From positions 973-64,972 of the forward strand of contig JAITKM010000018.1 of NCBI GenBank assembly GCA_031278395.1: a DNA stretch of 64,000 bases. Reading direction: 5' to 3'. Shown here in pieces: positions 33,860 through 46,213 of this stretch; the first letter of the stretch is position 1; every line of letters starts with the position of its first letter. This stretch comes from Deltaproteobacteria bacterium. Its GTDB lineage: Bacteria; Bdellovibrionota_C; UBA2361; SZUA-149; JAITKM01. The translations under genes were made by a program, and so were the position numbers. The notes beneath the pieces were generated by a model. The model did no database searches, had not been told where the DNA came from, and was given only the letters and a program-made list of their open reading frames with translations.

Positions 33860-34182
33860 TCCGCCTACGATAAGCGCGGCTATCTTAGCTGTGTCTGCAA
33901 AGGGAGATATATTGAAATATTGGAACATATCAAGGGGTAAAGAATTAAATATCATGGTGCCAGAGTAGTGCTCCGAATGATAAGTGCTTTAAACTTTTGA
34001 TAAAAATATTTTTGCATTTACTCTTGTAATTAGTTGCAAGTTTTGCTATATCCCCGCATCTTTTTGGACAGCTAAGAAAAAAAATAACAAAAACACTCAC
34101 TTAAATAGTTTGTTCTTAATTGATAATTGTCAAGACAAAATATTTACGACAAAAGAAAAAACTCCAAAATCTATAATTTATT

Positions 34183-34635
34183 ATGGCAGAAGCTAAAAAA
34201 TCATCGAAAAAGAAAATTACAGGTCAGATAAAATTACAAATTCCAGCCGGACAAGCAAACCCTTCTCCTCCAGTAGGTCCCGCACTTGGACAACATGGCG
34301 TAAACATCATGGAGTTTTGTAAAGCCTTTAATGCTAAAACTCAAACTCAAACAGGAACTATCTTGCCCGTCATTATTACAGTTTATTCAGATCGATCTTT
34401 TGACTTTATTTTGAAAAGCCCACCAGCTTCATTCTTAATCAAAAAATTTGCTAAGCTCAAAAGCGGTTCTGGAAAACCAAATAAAGAAAAAGTAGGCGAA
34501 CTCTCAAACGCCGATTTAGAAGAAATTGTAAAAATTAAAATGGAAGATTTAAATGCTTATGATCTTGAGGAAGCAAAAAAAATTATTGCTGGTTCAGCAC
34601 GTAGTATGGGCGTAAAAACCCCTTATTTTTCTTGA
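34183..34635 (+). CDS. rplK: 50S ribosomal protein L11
   Basis: [33 protein letters not shown]. Confidence 0.97.
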   Translation: MAEAKKSSKKKITGQIKLQIPAGQANPSPPVGPALGQHGVNIMEFCKAFNAKTQTQTGTILPVIITVYSDRSFDFILKSPPASFLIKKFAKLKSGSGKPNKEKVGELSNADLEEIVKIKMEDLNAYDLEEAKKIIAGSARSMGVKTPYFS

Positions 34636-34746
34636 TTTTTAACTTAAATATACACAGCCAAGATTAGGGCTCTGTGTCACTTCTCTGAAGACGACCTCAA
34701 TTCAGTGAATGTGTTTGTAAATAATGAGGGAGCTATAGGAATTAAA

Positions 34747-35445
34747 ATGGCGAAACTAAATAAAAGATTAGCGCAAGCGTATCAGCTAGTCGATAAAAAT
34801 AAATTCTATCAACTTGACGAAGCTCTAAACATACTTTGTCAAACTTCAAAAATAAAATTTGATGAAACAGTCGATTTAGCTGTCAGGCTTGGTTTAGATC
34901 CTCGTAAAGCGGAGGAAAATATTCGTGGCACAGTTGCCCTCCCACACGGCACAGGTAAAAAAGTTAGAGTTTTGGCATTTTGCAAAATTGAAAAGCAAAA
35001 CGAAGCTAAAGCCGCCGGTGCTGATTACGTTGGTGCTGAAGATTTAATTGAAAAAATTCAAAACGGCTGGTTTGAATTTGAATCAGTTATCGCTACTCCA
35101 GATATGATGGCACAAGTTGGTAAGATTGGTAAAATTCTTGGTCCACGTGGTTTAATGCCCAATCCTAAAGTTGGAACTGTTACTCAAGATATTGGTAAGA
35201 CAATTGAAGCTATTAAATCTGGACGAATTGAATACAGAATTGAAAAGGCCGGTATCGTGCACGTCGGAGCTGGAAAAATTTCCTTTGGACAGCAAAAATT
35301 AAAGGAAAATTTAGTAACGTTAATTGAAACTCTGGTTAAAGCTAAACCTAAAACCTCAAAAGGTATTTATCTTAAAACGATTAGCTTATCTTCAACTATG
35401 GGACCAGGTTTAAAGATCGACGTAGCGCCATTTAGGAATGCTTAA
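34747..35445 (+). CDS. rplA: 50S ribosomal protein L1
   Basis: [36 protein letters not shown]. Confidence 0.97.
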   Translation: MAKLNKRLAQAYQLVDKNKFYQLDEALNILCQTSKIKFDETVDLAVRLGLDPRKAEENIRGTVALPHGTGKKVRVLAFCKIEKQNEAKAAGADYVGAEDLIEKIQNGWFEFESVIATPDMMAQVGKIGKILGPRGLMPNPKVGTVTQDIGKTIEAIKSGRIEYRIEKAGIVHVGAGKISFGQQKLKENLVTLIETLVKAKPKTSKGIYLKTISLSSTMGPGLKIDVAPFRNA

Positions 35446-35505
35446 TTTTTAATACGTAAAAATAGGCTAAATTAATTACAAACAAACGAATTTTTAAATA
35501 TAAAT

Positions 35506-36033
35506 ATGGCAACAATCGAAAAAGAACAAACAGTGCAAAAACTAGCAGGAAGTTTAAGCAAAGCACAGGCGACTTATATTATTAACTATCAAGGTTGTTC
35601 TTGTGCCGATATAACTCGCTTGAAAAGACAATTAAAACCAATCGGAGCTAGTTTGGCAGTAGTTAAAAATACCTTAGTCAGACGCTCTATTAAAGGAACA
35701 AAAGTCGAAGGGCTTAGTGATTTGTTGGTCGGACCAACAGCCGTAGTTCTAGCAAATGACGACATTGTTACTCCTGCTAAAGCTTTAAAAGAGTTCGCTA
35801 AAGATCGTGAAAATTTCTCAATTAAGGGTGGATTTGTTGATGGCGCAGTTGTGGATACAAATGCAATTAATGCTTTGGCAGAATTGCCAAGCAAAGAAGA
35901 ATTGTTTGCAACCTTGTTGGCTCTTATCAACGCGCCAGCTACCAGATTATTGCAAACTATTAATGCGCCAGCCAGCAATTTGGCGTGTTTGCTAAAAGCA
36001 TATGAGGGAAAAATTGCTGAAGGGCAGCAATAA
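35506..36033 (+). CDS. rplJ: 50S ribosomal protein L10
   Basis: VVKNTL, LVGPTA, KGGFVDG, LAELPSKEEL. Confidence 0.95.
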   Translation: MATIEKEQTVQKLAGSLSKAQATYIINYQGCSCADITRLKRQLKPIGASLAVVKNTLVRRSIKGTKVEGLSDLLVGPTAVVLANDDIVTPAKALKEFAKDRENFSIKGGFVDGAVVDTNAINALAELPSKEELFATLLALINAPATRLLQTINAPASNLACLLKAYEGKIAEGQQ

Positions 36034-36045
36034 CTTCTGACCATC

Positions 36046-36090
36046 TTGTATTTTTTGCAGGGGCAAAATGTTTCCCTACAAAAAATGCAA
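36046..36090. repeat. Long hairpin with REP-like core between rplJ and rplL (possible terminator)
   Basis: TTGTATTTTTTGCAGGG...CCCTACAAAAAATGCAA. Minus-strand core GTAGGGAAACATTTTGCCCCTGC. Confidence 0.55.
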
Positions 36091-36297
36091 AGGACATTTA
36101 ATTAGTAATTAGCGAATTCCTCTGCGTTTTTATTTTAATACCACTGAGGTGGTGTTAAACCTACAAATAGGGAAGAGAGTGGAGGAAGTGGTAAAAAATT
36201 GAGAAACAGAAATTGAAACTTTGTATCTGACGCTTCTTAAAGATCTTGTTCAATTTTTAAAATATTAACTATGATAATTTAATCCAGAGGGAATAAA

Positions 36298-36675
36298 ATG
36301 AGTGAATTAACTTTAGAACAAGTAAAAGAATTTATTAAAAACTTAACTTTAATAGATGCCGCTAAGCTGGTTAAAGACTTAGAAGAAGAACTTGGTGTTA
36401 GCGCTGCCGCTCCAGTAGCTGTAGCTGTTGGAGTAGGTGCAGGAGCTGCTTCAGTAGAAGAAAAAACTGAATTTGATGTTGTGTTAGCTGCTGTAACTGG
36501 CGACAAAATTAAAGTTATTAAGGTTGTGCGCGAGCTGACATCTTTAGGTTTAAAAGAAGCTAAAGAATTAGTTGAATCTGCTCCTAAAACAGTCAAAGAA
36601 GCAGTTTCTAAAGAAGAAGCCGCTGATATGAAGAAGAAGCTTGAAGAGGCTGGAGCTAAGGTTGATGTTAAGTAA
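36298..36675 (+). CDS. rplL: 50S ribosomal protein L7/L12
   Basis: [34 protein letters not shown]. Confidence 0.97.
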   Translation: MSELTLEQVKEFIKNLTLIDAAKLVKDLEEELGVSAAAPVAVAVGVGAGAASVEEKTEFDVVLAAVTGDKIKVIKVVRELTSLGLKEAKELVESAPKTVKEAVSKEEAADMKKKLEEAGAKVDVK

Positions 36676-36702
36676 TAAATAGATAACTTTTGCTAATAAA
36701 AC

Positions 36703-36776
36703 AAAGCTATACATATACAGAATTTTCTTGTTGGTTTTTATAGCCAAGGAGTGTTTTTGTATATGTGGCTTTTTTT
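36703..36776 (+). terminator. Hairpin plus U-tract between rplL and rpoB (terminator/attenuator)
   Basis: ACATATACAGA...TTTGTATATGT followed by GGCTTTTTTT. Confidence 0.55.
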
Positions 36777-36963
36777 GCGTTTGTGGTTTGATAGTTGGCG
36801 TTGTTGCGTAAAAGATAAATGTTCTACGCCCTGAATTTTGTGGAGTTTTAACTTTTTATGCGCCGCGTCGTGGTGGTTAATAGTTTTTCTGACAATACAA
36901 AATTAAAATAGCAACCTGACAAAAATTATCTGTTGGGTTGTCAAATACATAAGGGCTTCATAG

Positions 36964-39900
36964 ATGGGAAGTAATATAACTAAACGTTTAAGAGTGCGTC
37001 ATGATTATTCAAGATTTGAAAAAATTCATGAAGTGCCAAATCTGATAAAAACTCAATGTCGTTCATACCAACAATTATTACAAAAGGATGTCGCACCAGA
37101 AGCGCGTGAAAATGTTGGTCTACAGGCAATCTTTAAGTCAGTGTTTCCAATCCATGATTATAACGGAGTGGCTTCTCTTGAATTTGTTTCATATGAAATC
37201 GGAGAAACCAAGTATACCGAAATAGAATGTCGCGAACGCGGTATGACTTGGTCTTCACCAATCAAAGTTACAGTTCAACTCGTGCTTTGGGATACCATGG
37301 CTGAAGGAAGTAAACAAATTCGGGATATTAAAGAACAAGAAATTTATTTTGGCGAAATCCCGCTCATGACTCGTTTTGGAACTTTCATTATCAACGGCAC
37401 AGAACGTGTTATCGTGAGTCAATTGCACCGCTCGCCGGGCGTGTTCTTTGATCATGATAAAGGTAAAAGTCACGCCTCTGGCAAATTATTGTTTAGCGCT
37501 AGAGTAATTCCATATCGCGGTTCATGGTTAGACTTTGAATTTGATGTCAAAGATATTTTACATGTGCGCATTGATCGTCGTCGCAAACAACCTGCTACTT
37601 TATTACTTCGGGCTTTGGGTATGAGTAGCGAGGAAATTCTACTTAAATTTTATAAAACCGATAATTACACCATAGACGATAAAAAAATCGTTAAAGAGTT
37701 TAAACCAAATCAGGTCGAAGGACAGAGAGTCTTTACTGATATTTTGGGCAGAGATAAAAAGGTTATTGCTAAAACCGGACAGAAGTTTAACCGTGCGGTT
37801 GTTAGAAAACTAACCGAAGCTGGAATTTCAACAATCGAAATTGACCCTAAAACAGTTAGTAATTTAGTCGCAGCTAAAACTATCTTAGTGGCTAAAGAAG
37901 ATATTCATAATCCTAATAACAATCGGACCTTAGTTAAATCTGGAACTATTTTAATCGGCTGGGACGAAATCAGTAAGGTCTTTCCAGCTAGTTTTAAGGG
38001 AGCTGACGAGTTAGTTTTAAAAGAGTTGTTTGCCAAATTTGAAATTGTGCTCGCTGCAGGTGAGCAATTTTTAGAAGATGTTTATGATACTAAAGGCAGA
38101 CTTAAACAAACCGGCACAATTGCACGACTTAAAGATTTAGGGATTCAAAACTTTGAAGTTCTTTACACCAGAGATAATCATATTGGTGAAGCTTTATTAA
38201 AAACTCTACACAGCGACGGCTTAGAACCAGAAAAAGACGACTTACTTTCACATTATTTAAATACCCCAAGTAATAATGCCTTGCTGGAGATTTATCGTCG
38301 TTTACGCCCTGGTGAGCCTCCAAGACTTGAAATCGCTACCACAAATTTTAATAATTTGTTCTTTAACCCAGAACGCTATGACTTATCTGCTGTCGGACGT
38401 TTAAAGTTAAATTATAAATTACATAATGCCGACCGCTTTAGCTTAAATAAAAAAGTTGGTAAGAAAAAAGATTTAGTTTCTGGTTCAGAGTTCACCGAAG
38501 GCGGAGTGCTGACAAAAGAAGATATTATTGAAACTGTCCGCTATTTGCTAGAGTTAAGATCTTCAAGTGATCCAGTCAAATATTCTATTGATGATATTGA
38601 CCATTTAGGCAATCGCCGGGTGCGTTCAGTTGGCGAACTAGTTGAAAATCAATATCGTATTGGTTTAGTGCGCATGGAGCGCGCAGTTAAAGAAAGGATG
38701 AGTATTCAAGATATTGAAACTTTGATGCCGCAGGAATTGATTAACTATAAACCAGTGTCAGCAGCTTTAAAGGAATTTTTTGGTTCATCTCAACTTAGCC
38801 AATTTATGGATCAAACCAATCCACTGAGCGAGATAACCCATAAGCGCCGCCTGAGCGCTTTAGGACCCGGAGGTTTAACTAGAGAACGAGCTGGTTTTGA
38901 AGTGCGCGATGTGCATCCAACTCACTATGGACGCGTTTGTCCAATTGAAACTCCTGAAGGTCCAAATATTGGATTAATTTCGTCTTTAGCAACATATGCT
39001 AGAGTTAATGGATATGGATTTGTTGAGTCTCCTTATCGGGTTGTGGTCAAAGGTAAAGTGACCGATAAAATCGTGTATCTAACAGCTATGGAAGAGTCCC
39101 ATGAAGTTATTGCCCATGCTACGGCTTTTGACAAAGATGGTATGTTGCAGGGGGAGATGATTGTGGCTCGTAAAAATAGTGAATCAACTTTTGTTACCAA
39201 AGACGAAGTAACAATGATGGATGTTAGTCCAAATCAATTAGTTTCGGTCGCTGCTTCTTTAATTCCATTCCTTGAAAATGATGACGCTAACCGAGCTTTG
39301 ATGGGATCAAACATGCAACGTCAAGCCGTGCCTTTATTAAAGCCAGCTGCGCCGCTAGTTGGAACTGGTATTGAAAGAATTGTTGCTAAGGATTCTGGTG
39401 CCGCAGTAGTTGCCGAGCGTGGAGGTGTGGTTGAGTCTGTAGATGCAACACGAATTGTTATTAAAGCCGATGAGTTAAAATTGAATCTTTTAGATACTGG
39501 GGTTGATATTTATCGTTTGGCTAAATACCAGCGTTCAAATCAAAACAGTTGCATTAACCAACGTCCAATTGTTGAAGCTGGAGATGTTGTGCAAGCTGGA
39601 GAAATTATTGCCGACGGACCTTCAACTGATACTGGCGAGTTAGCTTTGGGGCAAAATATCTTAGTGGCTTTCACTCCTTGGGGCGGATACAATTATGAAG
39701 ATTCAATTTTAATCAGTGAACGCTTGGTTCAAGACGATGTTTTTACTTCAGTGCATATTGAAGAATTTGAATGTGTTGCCCGCGATACCAAACTAGGTAA
39801 CGAAGAAATTACTAAAGATATTCCAAATGTTGGCGAAGAGTCGCTAACTCATTTGGATGAGTCGGGAATTATTCGGATTGGAGCTAAAGTCAAAGAAGGT

Positions 39901-41520
39901 GATATTTTAGTTGGTAAAATTACCCCAAAAACTGAAACCCAACTTGCGCCAGAAGAAAAACTTTTAAGGGCTATTTTTGGAGAAAAAGCTAGCGAAGTGC
40001 GGGATACTAGCTTACGTTTGCCAACTGGTGTTGAAGGCACCGTGATTGGCGCGCATGTCTTTTCGCGTAAAGGTACTTCAAAAGATGAGCGAATGTTATC
40101 AATTGAAGAGCAAGAAATTGCTAACCTAGAACAAGAACAACGTTATGAAATTCGGGTCTTGCGTGAGGCTGCTATTAAACAGTTGTTCTCACTTTTAGGT
40201 GGTAAGAAGACAACAGCTAAACTAGTTGATGAAGATCGCAAACAGTTAATCGCTAAAGATGTAGCAATAACTAAAGACCTCTTAGAGGCAATACCATTTG
40301 AGTATTTAAGAGATATTCAAATAGGTAATGTGAAAATTGAGGAAGAAGTTAATCATATTGTAGTTGGCACGGGGCAGCTCATTAACAACAAACGAACTGC
40401 AATTTCGGAAAGAATTAAACGTTTAAAGAACGGCGATGATTTGCCACCAGGTGTAATTAAACTGGTAAAAATTTCTGTGGCTGTTAAAAGACGTTTGTCG
40501 GTTGGGGATAAGATGGCAGGGCGGCATGGAAATAAGGGTGTGCTTTCCAGGGTTTTACCAGTTGAAGATATGCCGTATCTCCCAGATGGAACGCCAATTG
40601 ATATGGTGCTAAATCCACTTGGCGTGCCTTCACGTATGAATGTCGGGCAAATTTTAGAGACGCACTTAGGGTGGGCTTGTCGGGAAATTGGTCGAAAGTT
40701 AAGAGAGATTATTGAATCTGTAACTGAAGATCCAGGCATTAAAATTGAGAAGACTTTAAAAGGCAAAGAAAATTCTCCAGAAGTTAAAAAAGCGGCTAAA
40801 GCGGCTAAGGAATATTTAAATAATTCTTTGTGCGATCCGAAGAGCGCTAAACAAATTGCTGAAATGAATGATCTTGAAATTTTGGCTTTTACACAAAAAC
40901 AAATGAATGGTGTATTGGTAGCAGCACCAGTTTTTGAAGGTCCAAAAGAGGAAGAAATTCGGCGTTTAATTGCTCTAGCTGGTTTGCCTCTGAGTTGTCA
41001 GACTAGGTTATTTGATGGGCGCACAGGCGAGGCTTTTGCTGAGCCGGTAACTGTTGGCGTAATGTATATGTTAAAACTGCATCACTTAGTCGATGAAAAG
41101 ATTCACGCTCGTTCGACTGGAACATATTCGTTAGTAACTCAACAACCACTAGGTGGTAAGGCTCAATTTGGTGGTCAGAGGCTTGGTGAAATGGAGGTCT
41201 GGGCCTTAGAGGCATATGGCGCGGCTTTTGCACTGCAGGAATTTTTAACAGTTAAGTCGGATGATATTACTGGTAGAAATGAGGCGTATAAAGCTATTGT
41301 CAGCGGTGAACATATTTTAAAACCAGGCTTACCTGAATCATTTAACGTAATGTGTAAGGAGTTAATGTCCTTAGGGTTAAATGTTGAGCTGATTGAAAAA
41401 GAATCACCAGATGGTCCAGATATTGTCGTTGATGGTAGTTTTTACAAACGACATAGCAAGCTACCGGAGTTACCAATCTTAGCGACATCTAAGATGGCAA
41501 AGGAAGCGCAAAATATTTAG
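36964..41520 (+). CDS. rpoB: DNA-directed RNA polymerase beta subunit
   Basis: [52 protein letters not shown]. Confidence 0.99.
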   Translation: MGSNITKRLRVRHDYSRFEKIHEVPNLIKTQCRSYQQLLQKDVAPEARENVGLQAIFKSVFPIHDYNGVASLEFVSYEIGETKYTEIECRERGMTWSSPIKVTVQLVLWDTMAEGSKQIRDIKEQEIYFGEIPLMTRFGTFIINGTERVIVSQLHRSPGVFFDHDKGKSHASGKLLFSARVIPYRGSWLDFEFDVKDILHVRIDRRRKQPATLLLRALGMSSEEILLKFYKTDNYTIDDKKIVKEFKPNQVEGQRVFTDILGRDKKVIAKTGQKFNRAVVRKLTEAGISTIEIDPKTVSNLVAAKTILVAKEDIHNPNNNRTLVKSGTILIGWDEISKVFPASFKGADELVLKELFAKFEIVLAAGEQFLEDVYDTKGRLKQTGTIARLKDLGIQNFEVLYTRDNHIGEALLKTLHSDGLEPEKDDLLSHYLNTPSNNALLEIYRRLRPGEPPRLEIATTNFNNLFFNPERYDLSAVGRLKLNYKLHNADRFSLNKKVGKKKDLVSGSEFTEGGVLTKEDIIETVRYLLELRSSSDPVKYSIDDIDHLGNRRVRSVGELVENQYRIGLVRMERAVKERMSIQDIETLMPQELINYKPVSAALKEFFGSSQLSQFMDQTNPLSEITHKRRLSALGPGGLTRERAGFEVRDVHPTHYGRVCPIETPEGPNIGLISSLATYARVNGYGFVESPYRVVVKGKVTDKIVYLTAMEESHEVIAHATAFDKDGMLQGEMIVARKNSESTFVTKDEVTMMDVSPNQLVSVAASLIPFLENDDANRALMGSNMQRQAVPLLKPAAPLVGTGIERIVAKDSGAAVVAERGGVVESVDATRIVIKADELKLNLLDTGVDIYRLAKYQRSNQNSCINQRPIVEAGDVVQAGEIIADGPSTDTGELALGQNILVAFTPWGGYNYEDSILISERLVQDDVFTSVHIEEFECVARDTKLGNEEITKDIPNVGEESLTHLDESGIIRIGAKVKEGDILVGKITPKTETQLAPEEKLLRAIFGEKASEVRDTSLRLPTGVEGTVIGAHVFSRKGTSKDERMLSIEEQEIANLEQEQRYEIRVLREAAIKQLFSLLGGKKTTAKLVDEDRKQLIAKDVAITKDLLEAIPFEYLRDIQIGNVKIEEEVNHIVVGTGQLINNKRTAISERIKRLKNGDDLPPGVIKLVKISVAVKRRLSVGDKMAGRHGNKGVLSRVLPVEDMPYLPDGTPIDMVLNPLGVPSRMNVGQILETHLGWACREIGRKLREIIESVTEDPGIKIEKTLKGKENSPEVKKAAKAAKEYLNNSLCDPKSAKQIAEMNDLEILAFTQKQMNGVLVAAPVFEGPKEEEIRRLIALAGLPLSCQTRLFDGRTGEAFAEPVTVGVMYMLKLHHLVDEKIHARSTGTYSLVTQQPLGGKAQFGGQRLGEMEVWALEAYGAAFALQEFLTVKSDDITGRNEAYKAIVSGEHILKPGLPESFNVMCKELMSLGLNVELIEKESPDGPDIVVDGSFYKRHSKLPELPILATSKMAKEAQNI

Positions 41521-41556
41521 CTTTTTTATTTTTTTTATTATTTAGAGGGGTCTTAA

Positions 41557-44500
41557 ATGAGTGAAATTTCTTTTAATGCTAACAGCTTGAGTATACATGA
41601 TAAACCGAATGACCCGGCTTTAATTACAGCTATGCGCGTGTCAATTTCTAGTCCAGAGCAAATTAAGTCTTGGTCTTTTGGACAAGTAAAAAAGCACGAA
41701 ACAATCAATTACCGAACATTCAAGCCGGAACGAGATGGATTATTTTGCGGTAAGATTTTCGGACCTGTTAAAAATTATGAATGTGTTTGTGGCAAGTATA
41801 AAAGAAAGAGACACGAAGGCGTAGTTTGCGAAAAATGTGGCGTGGAAGTTACTGTTTCTGATGTGCGTCGTGAACGTATGGGGCATATCGAGCTAGCAAC
41901 GCCAGTCGCGCATATCTGGTTTTTAAAAAGCTTACCCAGCCGTATTGGTAATATGTTGGATTTGTCTTTGCGGGATTTGGAGAAAGTTTTGTATTTCGAA
42001 AGCTATATTATAACTGATCCAGGCAAGACAGATTTAGAAGAAAGACAACTACTGACAGATAAGGAATATCGTGAAGCCTTAACGACTTACGGCACTGCTT
42101 TTAAAGCTGCGATGGGTGCAGAAGCTATTAAAGAACTACTTGCCAAAATTGATGTTAAGGTTTTGGCTAACCAGTTACTTAAAGATTTACAAACTACAAG
42201 TAGCGATGCCAAAAGAAAAAAAATCTCTAAACGTTTAAAAGTTGTTTATGCAATGTTGGATTCTGGTAATCGTCCTGAGTGGATGATTCTAGATGTGATA
42301 CCAGTTTTGCCGCCAGACTTGAGACCGCTCGTGCCTCTAGACGTAGGTCGTATGGCGTCTAGTGATTTGAACGATTTGTATCGTAGGGTTTTAAATCGTA
42401 ATAATCGTTTAAAAAGACTTTTAGATATTAGCGCTCCTGATATTATTATTCGTAACGAAAAAAGAATGTTACAGGAAGCTGTAGATGCGCTTTTTGATAA
42501 TGGTCGAAGGGGACGTATTATTCAAGGAGCTAATAAGCGACCGCTTAAGTCTTTAAGCGATATGTTAAAAGGTAAGACCGGGCGTTTTAGACAAAATTTA
42601 TTAGGTAAACGTGTAGACTATTCAGGACGTTCTGTAATTACAGTTGGTCCAGATTTAAGACTGCATCAATGCGGTCTACCAAAGCAGATGGCTTTGGAAT
42701 TATTTAAGCCTTTCATCTATAACCGACTTATCGATAAAGGCTTTACTCCAACAGTGAAGGGGGCAAAAAAAATGGTTGACAGCGAGAGCGCTCCAGTTTG
42801 GGACGCTTTAGCTGAAGTCGTTTTAGAACATCCAGTTATGCTAAACCGTGCGCCAACCCTGCATAGGCTCGGTATTCAAGCCTTTGAACCAGTTCTAATT
42901 GAAGGTAAAGCTTTGCGCCTGCATCCTTTAGTTTGCGCAGCATTTAACGCAGACTTTGATGGTGACCAAATGGCGGTGCATGTTCCGCTTTCAATTGAAT
43001 CGCAAGTTGAAGCTCGTGTCTTGATGATGTCAACTAATAACATTTTAAGTCCAGCTAGTGGTAAGCCAATTATTAATCCTTCTCAGGATATGGTTTTAGG
43101 GTTGTATTACATGACGCGTGAAAGACCATTTGCTAAAGGTGAAGGCAAGGTATTTTCAAATCGTCGTGAAGTTATGTTGGCGGTTGAGGAGCAAAAGATT
43201 GACTTACAAGCCAAAATTAAAGTTCGAATTGCTGGAAAATTATGGAATACCACACCGGGTCGAGTAATTCTTTATGATATTTTCCCAAGAGATTTAAACT
43301 TTGAGTATGCTAATAAAGTTTTTACTAAAAAGGAAATTTCTAAGTTAATCGATATTTGCTTTAGGGAGTTTGGTAACAAAGCAACCGTGCTGTTGGCTGA
43401 CCGTTTGAAAGATACTGGTTATATGTTCGCTACTCGTGCTGGTATTTCAATTGCGATGGTCAATATGGTTATTCCAGAATCCAAGACAGTTTTATTAAAA
43501 GAAGCTGAAGATCGAATTGCATCTGTCGAAGGGCAGTATCAGGAGGGATTAATTACTGCCGGCGAGCGCTACAATAAAGTAGTTGATATTTGGGCGGATA
43601 GTATGGAACGTGTTGCCAAAGATATGATGGTTGGTATTTCAACTCAAGTTTTTAAAGGGCAAAACGGCGAAAAAGTTACAGGTGCTAGCTTTAATTCAAT
43701 CTTTATGATGGCTGATTCAGGAGCGCGAGGTTCAAGTCAGCAAATTAGGCAGTTAGCTGGAATGCGTGGTTTGATGGCACGCCCAGATGGTTCAATTATT
43801 GAAACGCCAATTAAAGCTAACTTTCGCGAAGGCTTGACAGTGGCTGAATACTTTATCTCTACGCATGGCGCTAGAAAAGGTTTAGCCGATACAGCCTTGA
43901 AGACAGCTAGTTCAGGACACTTAACGCGTCGTTTAGTTGATGTGGCTCAAGATTGCGTTATAACAGGTTATGACTGCTGCACGCTAAATGGTGTGGAGAT
44001 TACCGCCTTAATTGAAGGCGGAGAAGAAATTGAGTCTTTGCAAGATCGTATTTTAGGACGCGTATCTTTAGATGATATTTTAGATCCAATTAGCAAAGAA
44101 GTGTTAGTTAAGGCTAACGCTGAAATTACGGAAGAACTTGCTAAAAAAATTGTTGACGCGGGTATTGATTCGGTCATGACCCGCTCGGTTTTAACTTGTG
44201 AAATGCGACATGGAGTTTGCGCTTTATGTTATGGGCGTGATTTGGCTCGCGGGCATTTAGTGAGTATCGGCGAAGCGGTTGGAGTTATTGCAGCTCAATC
44301 TATTGGGGAGCCGGGAACGCAGTTGACGATGAGAACTTTTCATGTTGGTGGAACTGCAACAGGTAAAGCAGAGCAAACTAATTTGCTAGCTCGTTATGCT
44401 GGAACACTCCAATATATCGAAGCTAACTTAGTTAAATCGCCACGCGGCTGGGTAGTCATGGGACGTAAAGCCGAGGTTGTGGTAGTCGACCAAAAAGACG

Positions 44501-45756
44501 GACGCGAGCGTGAACGTCATGCCTTGGTTTATGGCGCTGTAGTGAAAGTTACTAATGGCGCCCTAGTCAAGGCAGGGGATTTGATAGCTGAATGGGATCC
44601 GTTCTCTATTCCTCTATTAACTGAACACGGTGGTCGTGTTCAGTGGAACGATATTAATGAGCAGACTGTTGAAGAGAAAACTGACGAACGAACTGGATTT
44701 GTCGTAAGACAAATTAAGGAAGTGAGCGAAAGGGGTTCGGATTTGCGTCCATCGATTATTATTAAATCTAAAGGGCGTGAAGATTCAGTGTTCTTTTTAC
44801 CAGTGGGGATTAAGGTTGTAGTTGATAACGGAACAGAAGTCTTTCCAGGCGATATCTTAGCTAAGCGTGAACGTGAAACTACTAAGACTAAAGATATTAC
44901 GGGTGGGTTACCGCGGGTAGCTGAATTGTTTGAAGCTCGTAAACCAAAAAATCCAGCTGATATTAGTGATATTGATGGAATTATTAGTTTCGGTGAAGAT
45001 TCGCGTGGTAAGCGGCGAGTAATTGTTACGCCAGAAGTTGGTGAAACGGCTGAATACTTAATTTCTAAGAATAAGCATTTGCTGGTGCATGAAGGGGATA
45101 AGATTCGAGCCGGTGAGCCAATAACCAGCGGCGCTGAAAACCCACACGACATTTTAAAAATTCAAGGCTTGCATGCGCTAGTTAGGTATTTGGTCAATGA
45201 AGTTCAGGAAGTTTATAAACTGCAAGGCGTGCGAATTGATGATAAGCATATTGAAGTTATTGTGCGACAAATGTTGGGCAAAGTTCAGATTGTTGAATCC
45301 GGCAAAACTCGCTTTTTAGCTGGAGAAACAGTTGATAGATTTACCTTTAATACAGAGAATGAGCGGGTATTAAAAGCTGGTTTAGAGCCGGCTACATATG
45401 AACCTGTGCTTTTAGGAATTACTAAAGCTGCGTTGACAAATGAAAGTTTTATTTCTGCCGCTAGTTTCCAAGAAACAACTAAAGTGCTGACTGACGCCGC
45501 AATTGGCGCTAAGACTGATTATTTGCGTGGTTTAAAAGAAAACGTTATTATGGGGCGTTTAATTCCAGCAGGCACTGGTTTTATTAAACGCGCTAGACCA
45601 AATACTGCGGTTGAGGTTGAAGGACAGATTGATGAACCAGTACAACAACCCAACCAAGCGTCAAAGATTAGTTTAGCTTCTGCCGTAAAGCAGAATGTTG
45701 TAGTCAACGAATCTCCAGACGCCTTAACTAAAGCGTTACAGTCTTTAGGCTTGTAA
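41557..45756 (+). CDS. rpoC: DNA-directed RNA polymerase beta' subunit
   Basis: NADFDGD catalytic motif, zinc-binding Cys clusters, [28 protein letters not shown]. Confidence 0.99.
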   Translation: MSEISFNANSLSIHDKPNDPALITAMRVSISSPEQIKSWSFGQVKKHETINYRTFKPERDGLFCGKIFGPVKNYECVCGKYKRKRHEGVVCEKCGVEVTVSDVRRERMGHIELATPVAHIWFLKSLPSRIGNMLDLSLRDLEKVLYFESYIITDPGKTDLEERQLLTDKEYREALTTYGTAFKAAMGAEAIKELLAKIDVKVLANQLLKDLQTTSSDAKRKKISKRLKVVYAMLDSGNRPEWMILDVIPVLPPDLRPLVPLDVGRMASSDLNDLYRRVLNRNNRLKRLLDISAPDIIIRNEKRMLQEAVDALFDNGRRGRIIQGANKRPLKSLSDMLKGKTGRFRQNLLGKRVDYSGRSVITVGPDLRLHQCGLPKQMALELFKPFIYNRLIDKGFTPTVKGAKKMVDSESAPVWDALAEVVLEHPVMLNRAPTLHRLGIQAFEPVLIEGKALRLHPLVCAAFNADFDGDQMAVHVPLSIESQVEARVLMMSTNNILSPASGKPIINPSQDMVLGLYYMTRERPFAKGEGKVFSNRREVMLAVEEQKIDLQAKIKVRIAGKLWNTTPGRVILYDIFPRDLNFEYANKVFTKKEISKLIDICFREFGNKATVLLADRLKDTGYMFATRAGISIAMVNMVIPESKTVLLKEAEDRIASVEGQYQEGLITAGERYNKVVDIWADSMERVAKDMMVGISTQVFKGQNGEKVTGASFNSIFMMADSGARGSSQQIRQLAGMRGLMARPDGSIIETPIKANFREGLTVAEYFISTHGARKGLADTALKTASSGHLTRRLVDVAQDCVITGYDCCTLNGVEITALIEGGEEIESLQDRILGRVSLDDILDPISKEVLVKANAEITEELAKKIVDAGIDSVMTRSVLTCEMRHGVCALCYGRDLARGHLVSIGEAVGVIAAQSIGEPGTQLTMRTFHVGGTATGKAEQTNLLARYAGTLQYIEANLVKSPRGWVVMGRKAEVVVVDQKDGRERERHALVYGAVVKVTNGALVKAGDLIAEWDPFSIPLLTEHGGRVQWNDINEQTVEEKTDERTGFVVRQIKEVSERGSDLRPSIIIKSKGREDSVFFLPVGIKVVVDNGTEVFPGDILAKRERETTKTKDITGGLPRVAELFEARKPKNPADISDIDGIISFGEDSRGKRRVIVTPEVGETAEYLISKNKHLLVHEGDKIRAGEPITSGAENPHDILKIQGLHALVRYLVNEVQEVYKLQGVRIDDKHIEVIVRQMLGKVQIVESGKTRFLAGETVDRFTFNTENERVLKAGLEPATYEPVLLGITKAALTNESFISAASFQETTKVLTDAAIGAKTDYLRGLKENVIMGRLIPAGTGFIKRARPNTAVEVEGQIDEPVQQPNQASKISLASAVKQNVVVNESPDALTKALQSLGL

Positions 45757-45768
45757 TTAAAACTCTAT

Positions 45769-46206
45769 ATGTTGACAGTTAAGGTTAACAATAAATCTAA
45801 GCATCCTTTGCCGCAGCACGAGACGGAGCATGCGGCAGGAGCAGATCTGCGAGCAAATCTTAAGCAACCAATTACCCTAAAGCCGTTAGAGCGTTATGCT
45901 GTCCCGACTGGCTTATTTCTTGAAATTCCTGTTGGTTATGAAGCGCAAATTCGTCCACGTAGTGGGTTAGCTTACAAAAAAGGTTTAACTATACTGAATG
46001 CGCCCGGAACTATTGATGCTGACTATCGTGGAGAAGTTCATGTTTTGTTGATTAATTTATCTCAAGTGGAGGTTGTGATTGAGGATGGCGAGCGCATTGC
46101 TCAGATGGTTATTGCCCAACATGAACGTGTGCAGTTTGGAGAGGTGGACAAGCTTAGTGATACATTGCGTGGCAGTGGTGGTTTTGGCTCAACAGGTAGC
46201 CTGTAA
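45769..46206 (+). CDS. dut: dUTP diphosphatase
   Basis: [36 protein letters not shown]. Confidence 0.96.
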   Translation: MLTVKVNNKSKHPLPQHETEHAAGADLRANLKQPITLKPLERYAVPTGLFLEIPVGYEAQIRPRSGLAYKKGLTILNAPGTIDADYRGEVHVLLINLSQVEVVIEDGERIAQMVIAQHERVQFGEVDKLSDTLRGSGGFGSTGSL

Positions 46207-46213
46207 AGAAATT

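Noticed and set aside
33860-33995. Minus-strand CTTATC...CTGGC resembling a SAM-I riboswitch start, or a short ORF remnant
   Set aside because: Core SAM-I elements and the P1 partner are missing, no gene lies downstream on that strand, and the ORF has no recognisable homology.
46079-46213. Long overlap of djlA with dut
   Set aside because: An ATG at 46214 just after the dut stop gives a normal TM N-terminus; the extension is an ORF-caller artefact.
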